DNA of 64,000 nucleotides, taken from positions 17,276,784-17,340,783 of the forward strand of contig CM121341.1 of NCBI GenBank assembly GCA_051530055.1, written 5' to 3'. Origin of the DNA: Neoechinorhynchus agilis (Eukaryota > Animalia > Acanthocephala). This document shows positions 38,408 through 51,150 of this stretch, piece after piece. A program made the position numbers and the translations under genes. Every line of letters starts with the position of its first letter. Positions within the stretch are counted from its first letter, which is position 1. The notes beneath the pieces were generated by a model. It worked only from the letters and a program-made list of their open reading frames with translations. It had not been told where the DNA came from and searched no databases.

Positions 38408-41400
38408 ATGAGCCTTCAGCTTCCACACATTCATGGAGGACGACCGTGGGATCGACTGCTTGACTTGACACGAGATGCTAGTCAACGGGCCAAGCACTTA
38501 AGATGGTTATGTGACAGTCTTGCTCAAGACAAAATGGTAAAGCTTTTGCAGCAACATAAGACGATTTTTTTCTACAGCACATACGAGCATTTCGCTAATG
38601 TCCTTTACGACGCTTCAAACGATTCACTCAAATGTGCAACAAAAGAGCAGATAAAGGAAGCAAACACAGTATCGGAAATTGTTCAAACAATGGTGTCATG
38701 TTCATACGATTCATTCCATGAACGATGGCATTCTAATGCTATGAGACGTCTGACAAACGCTTACTTAAAAAGTGGTCACGCAAACGCCTTGCGTTTGTTC
38801 ATTGGATGGTACTGTGCATTGGGTATGAACGCAAATGCTATTGAACACTCCATGTTCGAGAATTTGATTAACGAAGAAAGCCAGGATTCTGCTAAATTAT
38901 TCGCTGTATTGCTGGTGAAAATTGGAAACACGATCGAGGCATTGCCTGATGTTGAAGGCGCTGCGAGAAAAATGTTTCGTTTCATCCTTGATCAGTTAAA
39001 GCAGATTTACCTGCCTAAACTATTTTTGAACTTTACAGACGAATCAGCTGAAAATGAAACAAGAAGTGAATTATGCCATGGTGAGTTTATCTCGTGGCTA
39101 GTCAGTTTCTTTGACCCAGGTGCCATTATGGATACCATGAGTGCTTATCAAGAGGCTGGACGTCATGTATTGAGAGTTCATGAGTCTTATTTCTGCATGG
39201 ATATGTTCCGTCAAGCTTGTATGTCTAAATTACATCGACCGAGGCCATTACTTAAAGCCATAGAATCTGCAGAATTTCACTTGGCTCGTGAGATGGACAG
39301 GGTTTGCGACTCTGACTACCGGATACACGGTATTGTTCAGAAGTTTATTCAAAATTGTAAACGGTTGGGTCGCAAATATTTTTCCAGTTCTTTGAAACTG
39401 CATTTATTTAATACTCTTTTCTGATTACTTAAATGCGACCAATAGAATTTAGGGAAATTCTGTCGACTGATGTCAAGGGCCGGAAATGATAAAAACATAA
39501 AAGATGTGATATACACACATTTGGAAGGCACATTTTGGAATAAAGCTCGATAGACAATTCACGTGGTGTTTGTCTATACTCGAGACTATAGTTATCCGCA
39601 TTTCTGTCATTCTTAGTATGGGTTTGTTTAAATTTATACCTCAAAATTTCTCTGGTAAATTACATTTGTTGGTTATCTGTGAGAATAAAATGCCGATCAT
39701 CATCTTTATCTTAGCAATCTTTTCGCAAAAGTGGATGTATAATGATTTCTCTTAATGGGATTAGATAAATATTGTCACCATAGTTCGTTTTATCTCCTAT
39801 AATTCAAAAATACATTACGTCATTTTTCTTAAGCATAACAAATGGTTTTTATTTTTTGTTATAATTGCTAGAGCAGGTTCGTAGCATTTTGTGCTAAAAC
39901 ATGTCTTAAGATATTCCAGGACATCTTTGATCTGCTATAAATTGCTACAGACGCAATATATAATGCCTGGCTGATATACGTTCATGGATGCGCTCTAAAA
40001 AGGCGTTTCCCCGCTTTGACGAATCACTGGAGTGGTGATGGGCCAAAAAATATTACATTTGTAGTTTTATCCTTTCATATTGATTTCTTTGTACTTCTTT
40101 TGCGACGTAAAAAACGGTATACAAGGCTTGTTCATTTTACTCCCAAAGCTATGGTTAATGATTAAAGGGTTTTTGTATTTTTTACATCCTTACAAATATG
40201 TGTGTTTACGAAATTGAAATCCCTGCCTGAGTGCATTCTCGATTTTCAGTTGTGGAGTATCTTATTACTTGCGCTTATTAATGTGCTTAGATAATTATCA
40301 ATGCGACCGTTAGTGTAACATGAAGTGATTTCCTAACATTTAAATAGTCGATTGGACGAGACGAATTGAATTTCGAATTAACTTAGAGTACGTAGACGAA
40401 TAATTGTCCAGTATCCGCTCACAATTATTCATAGGATTTTCTAGATTTCATTTTTAAAGAAAACGAAATTCTATTCTGACCTTAGACATCTTTGCGATCC
40501 AGCACACTACCCTACTGTTCACATTTCCTTCCGACAATTGGAACACTAGTCGATTGGTGCTATGCCGAACTTGTCTGCTTACGCTAGGCCGTCTATCGGC
40601 TCACTTCTCAATCGTAATCAGCACATGGGAGATATTTCTAAACAGTTTAATATTAATCACCGAGAACATAATTAATCATGCTCCACCTTCGTTCACAATA
40701 CTCGCTATAAAATGTCTTTTCCGTCAATTGACCCAATTCGAACACACTGTGAGTGTCTCTGCTGACAAATACTGGAAAGAGTTCAATCGCATTATAGAGG
40801 AATTCAATGAAAACCCAGTTATAGAACGAGCATGGAGCCTTCTCTTTACTACACTGACCGCGGAGTTATGTTCAACAGTCTATAACTGCGACTTACACGA
40901 CACTAATTTTGCCACACTGAGGACTGATTCTTCGAACCATTTACCAGTACCGATCACGACATCTACGCCAGAAGTGGAAACATCCGCGATTGCCGAACTT
41001 ACGAGTCTTAGTGAGAGTTTACTGAGTGATTTGCCCATTACAGACGATGAACATCAGTGTTGCAATGAGGATTCGGCGGATAGCAGTCAGCAGTTTAGCC
41101 CGCTTCCTTTAGATAGTTCCCCTGAGTTGGTTTTCCATGCTTGGAAGCGATTATTGGTGTGTCTGAATAATCTCATTATCAGTAATGTCGTAGCTAGAGG
41201 ACTCGCAGATTCGGTTGATATGATGATCTCTTGTATCCAGGTTCAATATGCTAAAAGTAATCTTAAAGTGGTTGAGTGTCCACCTGTTGTGCAACTTATT
41301 CCGACTATTCTCAAGGTTGGTTGATTTTCTACACCTTGTACCGATTTATTTTCGCTGATGTAATTTCATTGAACACTTAAATTCAATGTTTATGTTCAAA

Positions 41401-44400
41401 AGACACCTATTAATGATTTTTCAGTGACCCGTCGAACCAATGAGTTTTTTCATGTGTAATTGTGTTGCGATCACATTAATCCGTTCATAGCGTTTTGAAA
41501 GAAAATCCGCCCGACCTTCTTATTGAAAATTTTAAAGATCGCAATCTATCGGAGCAGCAGTTGCTTAGGTCTTGCTTCTAGATTGGATCAACAATAAAAC
41601 ATCACAAAGGTGTTGAGTAATCAACGATCCACTTCTTTACTTGACCTTATATGTTATTGTTTAGGTCGCTTGTCGACACCCGAGGGAGATCGTTAAGGAC
41701 GAATGAATATTTCGACCGATTGAATCAGTCATTGTCAATTCAATTGTTAAAGTGTTAAAACCGCACTTGAGCATTTGACAATCGTCTTTAACGATCTCCC
41801 TCGGGTGTTGACAAGCGACCTAAACAATACTATATCCCACCACCCGAATACAATCCTTGACCTTATATGAACTCTTTTTTCTAACACAGGCTATGTCAAA
41901 CTGTCCAATGAGATCTATTCCGGACTCCTCATGTTCCTGCGAAGTATGCCAAGTCTTGATGGGATCTCTTGCATCAATAATAAGTTTTCCTCTTCTTTGC
42001 GATCATCTTACAAGTCACTGCATTCACACCTTTGTTCTAATGAACCACGAGATGTTTGGTCTAGCTCTCAAGGCTGAGGACTTCTCATGGTCTCTCATCA
42101 GTTCGCTTTTACTTGGATGTCGATGGTTACCGCATCAGAGTCTACGACGTGGACCAGTGCAAACTCTATGTCTGCTCTACCGAGACATAATTCATGCCTC
42201 CGTCTACGCTCTTAAGTCTTCTAACCCAACGGTATGTCTTATTTTCGGATCAGATTTTCTCATTTTCTCTTTTAGGCTCCACATGCCTGTGCGGCCACGT
42301 TGTTGGGTACAATGTGCTCATTGTGTCTTGTACTCAATAAATTCAGCATCCTCGACCGGGATACACTCACCGTGGTCGATATATCGAATGAACAGTTCGA
42401 ACCCTTTGTTCTGAAGCACTTGTACATTGCACTTGACAATGCTTCGTTCGATTATGCCTGGTTAGTCGAAAGACAGACAGAAAAATCGTTATAAAAACTT
42501 ACTATTTTGAGGGAAATTCTGTTCAGCTCACTTGGTCTCATGGTCGTCTCTAGATTCACGAGTGAACATTCACTGGATTTTGTGTCGAAAACAATTGATC
42601 TATTCGTGCATCACGTTGAGGTGAGTTCGGCAAATGAAAACGTTCATTTCGTTCTCAATTTTTTTAAAATTTTTCTGTGACATAAGTGATGCATGATTCA
42701 TTCGCTCGGCATTGCAGTCGTATACTCTTTTTTGAGCTACATGAACATTGAAACACGGTATTCCGTGGATCACTTTTGCGAATATGCCTGTCTCTTTAAT
42801 TTCCTTCTCCCTTTTTGTTTCATAAATATTATCCTTTTTCGACCAACATACGATCGTACTTCTATTGAAACCGAATTTTTTGAAATTCTAATTGCAAATT
42901 TACTGCTGAAATAAAGTCTGTGTGGAAAACAGTACAAATTTTAATCAAAAAAGGATTGTTTTTAGGTTTCACCTTTAGACAGCTAACGTCCTTCTGTCAT
43001 TGATTGAAAGCAGTCTTGATCCATTCTTGATAAATTCGATAATTATCTTGACAGTTCATATGCTTGCATAAATTCTGCAATTTAAAACTCAAAATTAACA
43101 GATACGCCAAAGAACTACATTTATGAGAAGATTTTTTAAGTAATGTTAAAATCGTGATCTATTTAGTTCACCTTAATAATGAAACGAACTTTTATTATTT
43201 AGTTCGAGCTAAATAATGTTTGTACATGTAAAATTTCTATTTCTTTGATGATAAACGACGAATCTCTCGGGATTTCTTTAGAAGAACCGAGAAATGCAGC
43301 GGATAATTTCATTTGTCAATGCACAATAGAAAAAAGTGTATAAAATTAAAGAGCTTATGAAACTTTGAGTTTTAGCATCCTGTTTCCACACAAAAAAACA
43401 ACAAAAATCGATACAAACTTTGGCTCGATTTTTTCGGGATCAATATCGTCGTTTACTCCTTTACTATGGCATTTTAGAATTCACCGGTCAATGCAGCAAT
43501 TCACGCATGTCATTTGCTCAGTTTACTGTCGGAATATCACACGAGAATCAGTGATCAATTGATTCGGAAAATAATAGAAGTAATCAGTTGTGAAAAAATC
43601 GAACTCAAATCGACTTTGTAGGGGATTTCATCGGCTATTCTAAGAAAAGTACCGTCAAAAGAAATGTCGACGTTGACTACTCGTGAAAAAGAGGTTAGTT
43701 TAAGAAAAAAACCTTGACTTAGAAAAAAACCCTGTTCCTCATCAAGTATTTCCATTGCCTTGCGAATTGCGTTCAAAGATGGATTCTAAAATTAGACTCC
43801 GATCGAATGGAAAAAATGAAAACCAGCTTTGCAGATTCTACAAATTCACCACTCATGACTGTCTTAAATGTTAGTGAGTGAAATTATCCTTGTTTGAAAG
43901 TACAACATTTTCGATTTAAGAACATTTATGAAGCAATGAAGAAATTGAACACAGTTATCATGATTTCGTATTCTCAAGCTGATAAAAATGACTTAAACGA
44001 ACAAAAATCGATGGTATCTCAAAACGATATTTCTTCAATTCGAGATCTCCTTGATTATGTTATCTGTAATTTAATGTGTAAATTCGGCGTACCAGATAAT
44101 CCTTATCAGCTTACATCTTCCTTTTTGGACATTGATGAATGTAATGAAACCCACGGGAAGTTCTTTTTTCTGGGTCCGGAATGTCTAATGTCTATTACGG
44201 ATCGAGAGTCCACTTCTAATACATGGAGCGAATCTACAGTTGTCATTCGACAGAGATGTGGGAAGTTTGTGTGGACGGTCAGAAGAAAACTTCCACAGAT
44301 TTCGGATGACTTTGAGAAAAGCGAAGATGCGTTTGAAGAAGTTGGAGAACTGATAAGATTATTTGCGGATCAAGCAGAAAGGAGAAGAGATGCGATGCGA

Positions 44401-47400
44401 CCACAAGATCCTCCAAAATCGGAAAGGGATCTTTATTTAGAACCACCATGGTCGAGCACTGCTCCTCCGGGATTCGATTTTCTATCCGAGGTAAGTTTTT
44501 TAAATTTACATCTAGCCCATGCCTCCAAACGAGTACGTTTTTTCAAAATCGATTTATCGTCGATATCCCAATTGTCCTAATAAATCTCCCCCCGACCTAG
44601 AAAAGTTGGAGCGCTATATATTGCTGAAGCACACGGAAGTGAAAATGTCTGAATTTCTATTGGATAATGATGAAGACGCCGCTGTTTTTAGTGCAGCCAT
44701 GGAAGTTGTGAAAATAAGAAATATACTCTGCGATGACAATCTTTCGAAAGATTCAAAGGAAAGCGAGGATGAAGATGAAGAAGACGATGTTTGCAGTGAC
44801 GACGATATGATCAAGCCGTCCGATAAAGGCGGCAGCAATCTTCTTTATTTGGTCAACCAATTAGGATGGCTGAAATTGTATTGTAGCCAATCATCGTCAG
44901 TCCCCATTCCTGTCTCATGTGACGAGCAACTTTTAAGGGAACTTAAACATTTCGATTCCAACCTGGGATGTAGCCAGAAAAGGATGACGTCTATTAAAGG
45001 GTTTCTTTCATACCGACATTTTAACGTCGACATTTATCCGGCTTGTGTTTAAATTCGGTATTTCTAGCCACAATTGAAGTCTCGCTTAAATTTCTCGGAG
45101 CAAAATCAAAGTACTGTAGATATTTCTAGGAAATCAGTTTTCAGTTTTTAAATAGAGAGTTTGTTTCGAAAAACCAATCAAAGTTGTTTGCTCCTCTTTG
45201 AAAGGGGTATAAATTCCACTTAGATTTGAATGTTATTTGAGTCAAATTCTCACTGGATATTTGTTCGGTATCAATCTTTTTCAAAACGAGTTGATCTAAT
45301 CCGTCATAATTTAAAAGGACAAATAAGTTTAAGAAAGTTTCTGTTTCTACTGTAATTGGTTTTGTACTGGAGTTACCTTTTTTGAATTATCGGCATTGAG
45401 CGCGTTGGATTTTTAGGACCTAAAGATCCTTATCTTTGGCAAATTTATTCACCTTGAGAAAATTATTGTTTCTTTTTTCCCCTTAAACTCATTAATAATT
45501 ACCTCAAAATCGCCGTTCGCAATCAGCATTAAGCGCAATAGATTTTTAGGACTAAAAGGTCCTTATATTTGACGATTTTATTCGCCTTGAGAAAATTATT
45601 GTTTCTTTTTCCCATAATTTCGCTAATGATTCCTTCAAAAGGGTCATTATTAAGCAGTAGTAAGCGCGTTAGATTTTTAGTACCTAAAGATATTTAACTT
45701 TGGTAACTATTCGTTTTGAGAAAATTATTTTCTTTTTCCTCGTAACCTCGCTATTAATTCTTCCAAAATCGCCATTCTGAATCCGCACCAGCAAGCGTGC
45801 TAGATTTTTAGGACTTAAATATCCTTAAATTGGCGACTTTATTCGCCTTGAGAAAATTATTATTTCGTTTTCCCATAATTTCGCTAATTACTAATTAAAA
45901 ATGACCGTTATTACGCAGCAGTAAGCGCGTTAGATTTCTAGTACCTAAAGATCATTAACTTTGGCGACTTTATTCGTTTTGAGAAAATTATTGTTTCTTT
46001 TTTCCATAACCGCGCTAACAATTCCTTCAAAATCGCCGTTTTCGTGCATATTAAAGCTTTGAAACATTTGCGTTCCAAAACCTTACCGTGATCTTACTTT
46101 TTGCTCTCAATTCATTTCACACTACATCAAAAGTGTTCAATCCGTCGTCAATGATACCAATGGATCGCTTAATAATTGTGACCGTTTCATTCGGATGACT
46201 CTGTCATCCAAACCTCGTGAATATTCTCCGACGAGGCATTCTGAAGATGAAAATGTGATGACAGTTGCGTAAAACGTGGTGATAATGTTCGTTATCGGAG
46301 CATTTTTGTCTCGGAATCGCGCTAGCTTTAATTGTACCTTTGATACGGTTTTTACTTCTATCTTGACGAATATTTCTTTTAGAATGCAGCAATCATTTTC
46401 ATAAATCATTTACTGGGGTGCTTTATTTGTTTTCCTTTTCTGAAAATAATAGGTTTTATGTTTTCGAAATTTTTCCTCTTTTAGAGGCGATTAGATTTTT
46501 CCCAATGAGAATTTTAGAAAGCAAATTCTTTAAATGTAATGTAATTAGCAAAATTGTTTTATTATATTGGGTATATTTCAAGAACTTATTTCGGCCGAAA
46601 TGACATGAAGGGAAAAGATTGTGTGGAATTTGCTGGAGCGATAATGCAGAAGCATAAATGTAATTTTTCAATCATGCGATGGGATAAATCGAAAAATATA
46701 TCTTTAGATATCCTATCTGTTTGTTTATGATATCACTAAAATTTATTGTTGTGAAAATTAATTTGATTAGAGAAAACAATAGGTGTATATAATTACTTGA
46801 ATCAAAGAGTGTCTCATATTTTCCCCTACGTAGCTTCATCCTTTTACGGCCATAGAGAAACCTACAAGATCGGTGTGATATATGTTGGACATGGCGATGC
46901 TCGTTCTCTCGAGAAATCAGTTATTTTGTCTGAACAGCATTCAAATTCCTCAAAAGAATACCGCGATTTTATCGACCACTTAGGCAAAGTTATCAGTCTA
47001 AACGACCACGTTCAATTCTCCGGTGGACTATTAAAAGACGGTACAATTAGTGAATCTGTTTACTGGTCAGACGATTTGACCGAGGTAATGTTCCACGTTG
47101 CAACCTTGATGCCATCTCAAAACGAAGAAGATTTTATTAGGAAAATTCGATTCATCGGAAATGACGATGTTCATATCGTTTGGTGCGATGGACTCGACTG
47201 TGAGCGACCTTCGTACCATCGGTCGGTTATATCAACCAATTTTGCCGATTGCGTGTTCGCCATCTATACCTTAAAGGCCGTTTTGCACAAAGGGGGCCGC
47301 TGATTTGTGTGCGATTCGGTCAAACGACCTGGGCTATATCGTGTGAACGTTGACTCTCGCTTAGATGATGGATATGGCGATGTATTTGGACCAATTTATG

Positions 47401-47582
47401 ACGGGATCATTCTTCGATCTTCACATCTTGCTCCCTTCGTCCGGGAAGCTGCAATTTTAGCGAGCCAACGGCGACGGTCCGCTCTATGCCATTCTGCTCG
47501 TTTCCAGGAAAGGACTAAGTATCTTCGGTCATTAAGTGAGCGCGTGGATAGACCAAACTTCTTGGAACATTGTCTTCTTTGA
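38408..47582 (+). CDS. RALGAPA: Ral GTPase-activating protein alpha subunit, multi-exon
   Basis: N-terminus LLDLTRDASQRAKHLR (RALGAPA LDxxKDxxxRxKHLR); helical segments co-linear with RALGAPA; LLRELKHFD; Rap/Ral-GAP domain HRETYKIGVIYVG, YWSDDLTEVMFHVATLMP, KIRFIGNDDVHIVW, FGPIYDG. Checked introns include 42232-42275 (44 nt). The middle exons are only partly resolved. Confidence 0.88.
41655..41829. repeat. Fold-back element (48-bp arms) built from PLE family-B tails, with a degenerate hammerhead-like core on the minus strand
   Basis: tattgtttaggtcgcttgtcgacacccgagggagatcgttaaggacga ... tcgtctttaacgatctccctcgggtgttgacaagcgacctaaacaata. Minus-strand core: ttgacaa-t-gactgatt-c-aatcggtc-GAAA-tattc. 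Confidence 0.85.
45393..46044 (+). repeat. Satellite, 5 units of about 131 bp with alternating A/B subtypes, in a RALGAPA intron
   Basis: Anchor agcg(c/t) at 45399, 45532, 45663, 45794, 45924 (periods 133, 131, 131, 130); every unit has ttgagaaa(a)ttatt. Confidence 0.92.
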
Positions 47583-47646
47583 TTTATGTATAGAGCAAGT
47601 TAACAGCAAAGAAGACTCACGTAACACACATTTGTTTGCTTTTTAG
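47583..47646 (+). promoter_or_regulatory. 64-bp intercistronic spacer ending in a splice acceptor directly at the CDC27 ATG
   Basis: RALGAPA stop ends at 47582; the spacer ends tttgtttgctttttAG|ATG (47647); no AATAAA in the spacer. Confidence 0.6.
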
Positions 47647-50317
47647 ATGAACCTCGACGTGGTCAGATTGGAGCAATGCGCTGCGAGGTGTTTATCAAAC
47701 TACAACTATCAAAACGCCATGTTCTACGCTGATTTGATTCGAGCGCAGAACCCTGATTCTGAGGATCTTACCGTTACTCAGGCCGATATTCAGTTGAAGT
47801 GCAATGATCACTCGAAAGCACTTCAGTCTCTGAAAAGTCTGAACACGGGATTAAAAACTCTGAGATCCAAGCTGATATTTGCAAAGTGCTGTCAAGTCCT
47901 TAGAAAGTATGTAGCGTCACAGAGAAAGTTTATTTTTCTACAGATACTCTCAATTTTCGTTTTATCGTTACTTCGACTCTAATTGAAAAAGATACCCTTT
48001 TTCTTCTTACGATTAAATTTCCATAAACAATTCTTAAATATTATTTCATTTTGTAAAAAAACTGCCACTTTTGAAGAGTCTAAAATTTTATTTCTGGATT
48101 TTCCATTTCTGAACCTCATAACATTTTGCTGTCTAAAATAGGTTTGATGAATTCCGATCGAAATTAGTGCGATGGACAATGTCTGTTTCCGGGTGCACTA
48201 AGCGCGCTGAAATGAGTCGACTCAGTATTCTTAGTCGACGTCTTTTTGTTGAACGCTCAGATGCCGAGGAGAACTTTATAATTGCTTCACTTTTTGAAAT
48301 AATTGGAAACATATACCTCGATCAGTTCCTTCACGAGTTTGCAGCCGAAGCATTCCGTCTGAGCTTGCGTGCTGATCCAACATCAATATCCTGCATTGAA
48401 GCCTCGTGCGATCTATTGAGACATCGAATGAACATTGAGGAAGTCATCTGCCAAATTCCTCCGGATACTGAAGAGAAAGTGATTATTCTTGACAAGCAGA
48501 GTCTAATGGGAGATGTTTGTCCAGGAGAAAAAAGGTTCGGATGGGCGGTGGGTGGTTACGCGTGGATCATTTTTGAATTTGTAGAAAATTGCGTAGGATG
48601 TCCCCAAGTACGTCGAAAAGGTGTCACTTTTCATCACCATCAGCTATAGTTCTCTCACCTAATCCACCTAATCGAAGGATCAAACAAAAATCGTACGTTT
48701 GTATTCGAAGTTTTGGATAATCTTTTGACACATCTTTGCCAAGTAGGACACTGCCGATTATATACGACGCACCTAAACTTCGGCATACCAGTTCCGATTT
48801 CGGATCCCGTGATTCCGTAAAGGAAAATGCGACAAATGACGATGAAGCTCCCCAGAGGACGCATGAGCCTCTTCCCGTCATGGTCACCCCCATTTCACAA
48901 ATAGTGACTGCTTACGCAAGAGCTTATCATGCCTTCTCTCGATACGACCTCGATCGAGCAATGGATCTTGTAAACGTCGTTAATCGTTTACTCAATTTTA
49001 AATCAATTCATCGCGTCATTCTTCTCACCGCCAGAATTCAATTCGAACAAAACAAAAATGACCTCTCGGCAATGTCCTTCGAGCTACTTCTTCGAGAATT
49101 TCCATCGTCTTTAGAGGGACTTGAGTATTATGGAACTGTTCTTTGGAGGAAACGGGACAAAGTCGCATTAACAAGTCTGTCTCATCAATTAGGCGTTCTC
49201 GCTCCTCATCACCCAGTCACCTGGTGTGCAATCGGAAACTGCATGAGTGCTCTCGGGGACACTACCAACTCAATAAAAATGTTCAAACGGGCTTTGGCTA
49301 TATCAAAATCGAATGTACAGCTGCAGAATTATGTTTTAACGCTTCTTGCAAGTGAGTATTTGGACTTGCGAATGTACCGTGAAATGAGAAATGTTCTCAA
49401 AATCGTTATCGAAAGAGATCCGCTCTGTTATAGAGCCTATATGATCTATGCAATATGTCTGCTGTTCTCGGCATCGTTATTGTTCCACTTATCCTTATTA
49501 ATTTTTTTTATTTTAAAATTTTAATTTAACAATACAAAGCAGGATTGATATCATTTTTTGGTACAATACTGAAATATCGTTCAATCTGATTTTTTGCGTT
49601 TATAAATGTTTTTAAATTTCCATTCCTCGCATGAATATCATTTTAATTATTTTTGTGCCTTAATTTCCCGCTCAAAATCTGATTGGCTAACGTTTTTACA
49701 TAAAATGCAAAGTTAAATTTTAATGTACCGTTCTTCTTCTCCTAAATTTTCTCAACCTGGATTTACTTGTTTTTAGCCAGAGAACGGCAGAAGTGGCATC
49801 ATTTAACCAGCACATATACTCGAATGCGATTTATTTCTTCCAAAAGGCGAACTTAATTCACCCACGGCACATTCACTCTGCAACAAATCTGGCGATCGCT
49901 TACTATAAAGTCGGAAAGATTAACGAAGCGTTGGATGCTCTCGAACACGCATGCGAGATAGATCCACATAATCGTAATATGATGATGCACAGAGCCGGAA
50001 TATTGATGATGACAAATCAAGCCGAGAAGGCTCATGATATAATGAAGCAGTTAATAATGTTGGAACCTCAAAACAACGCCTACCATTATTTGATGGCCAA
50101 AATATATAAGATAAAAGACGAACATTCTTTATATGTAAAGCACTTGAATTTATCCGAGTGCTTGACTAAACAAAGACCAGTTAAGGATTTCCTAGATTCC
50201 GTCTACGATACCAATCAATTGGCACTTAGGTTCGGCGAATTGACTGCCCTTGTTAAGGAAATGAACATCTCGGACGGCGTGAATCGAACGAGAATTATGA
50301 GGATCACCAACGAGTGA
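47647..50317 (+). CDS. CDC27: Anaphase-promoting complex subunit 3 (TPR protein)
   Basis: CLSNYNYQNAMFYAD, FAKCC, low-complexity linker, AYHAFSRYDLDRA, LEGLEYYGTVLW, HPVTWCAIGNC, FKRAL, YFFQKANLIHP. Joined by GT-AG introns including about 47908-48141 and 48535-48584 (50 nt). Confidence 0.9.
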
Positions 50318-50451
50318 TTGTATCATACGGGAGAGTGTGGTATTAGTCGAAACTGTAATAATTTCTTTGAAATACAAACTTGTTTCCGGTTTGACATTGT
50401 GTTTTAATCGCTTATAGATTCAATGCGTTTTATGAAATAGAAATATAGCAG

Positions 50452-51150
50452 AAGTTTTACCTACGAAGACCATATCACAATCGTCAAAGGGAAGTTTGTA
50501 TCTGCAGCTTTAGTTTAAAGATACCCGTGATAGTTTGGGTTCTCTTGTGATATGGGAGAACCTAGTATTTTGAATTACTTTCAGGAAAAGTAAAGCATTC
50601 TCGTCGGTTAGATATGTTATTCGTTTGGCCGGTCGTCGGCACCTGAAAGGGATCATTAAAGACGAATGAATATTTCGACTGATTGAATCAGTTATTATCT
50701 ATTCAAATCTAAAAAATAAGCACGTAAGGTCACAAACACACGATATAGTCGTTTGGCTCGGGAATCCGGAATCGTCACCCATAGGATGGCTTCCTAAGTG
50801 CATTAGGCCAACGAGAGGTAATTTGAGGCAACCTTTTGCTTTGTTCCCGGTTCCATCGTGTTGGCCATTTCAATAGAAATATCGACTCTTTTTTATCAAT
50901 CGATGGAATTTTCTCTGTTCCTTGCAGATAACGTCGGTCTTATCGAACTCAATTGAGTGTTTGGTTCGGTGTTAATGATTTAAAATCGCTGAAGTTGTAT
51001 CACAGGCGGGTTTTTATACAGCGCAAAGTTTCACCTACGAAGACCATATCACAATCGTCAAAGGGAAGTTTGTATCTGCAGCTTTAGTTTAAAGATACCC
51101 GTGATAGTTTGGGTTCTCTTGTGATATGGGAGAACCTAGTATTTTGAATT
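50452..51150 (+). repeat. Two 125-bp direct repeats (50452-50576 and 51026-51150; 1 mismatch) enclosing 449 bp
   Basis: aagttt(t/c)acctacgaagaccatatcacaa...gggagaacctagtattttgaatt repeated at an offset of 574. Confidence 0.95.
50611..50960 (-). mobile_element. PLE 3' fragment: GIY-YIG C-terminus plus family-B hammerhead-like tail
   Basis: Minus strand reads HSIEFDKTDVICKEQRKFHRLIK / ESIF, typical of the PLE endonuclease end. Downstream gactgattcaatcagtcgaaatattcattcgtctttaa matches the 41655 element. Confidence 0.65.

Noticed and set aside
42620-42980. Further candidate RALGAPA anomalies (AG followed by TGA at 42687, in-frame TGA near 42749, AG-free pyrimidine tract)
   Set aside because: Canonical GT-AG alternatives exist and local homology is too weak to choose between them.
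47301-47303. Genome-wide TGA reassignment as an explanation for internal TGA codons
   Set aside because: BRPF-like, RALGAPA, CDC27, TMUB and NUF2 all end normally at TGA.
49806-49820. cagcacatatact resembling the U6 snRNA 5' region
   Set aside because: Only about 13 nt match and it lies within a CDC27 exon.
50520-50576. Part of the 125-bp repeat resembles a flatworm spliced-leader RNA as I recall it (ctcttgtgat, ATG, agaacc stem, ATTTTGA Sm-like site)
   Set aside because: Both copies have GG, not GT, after the ATG, so there is no donor. The match is short and was compared from memory only.
50452-50576. Possible type-II hammerhead on the minus strand of the 125-bp repeat (TTGACGA next to an 11-bp stem)
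   Set aside because: The GAAA core is not intact and stem I cannot form.
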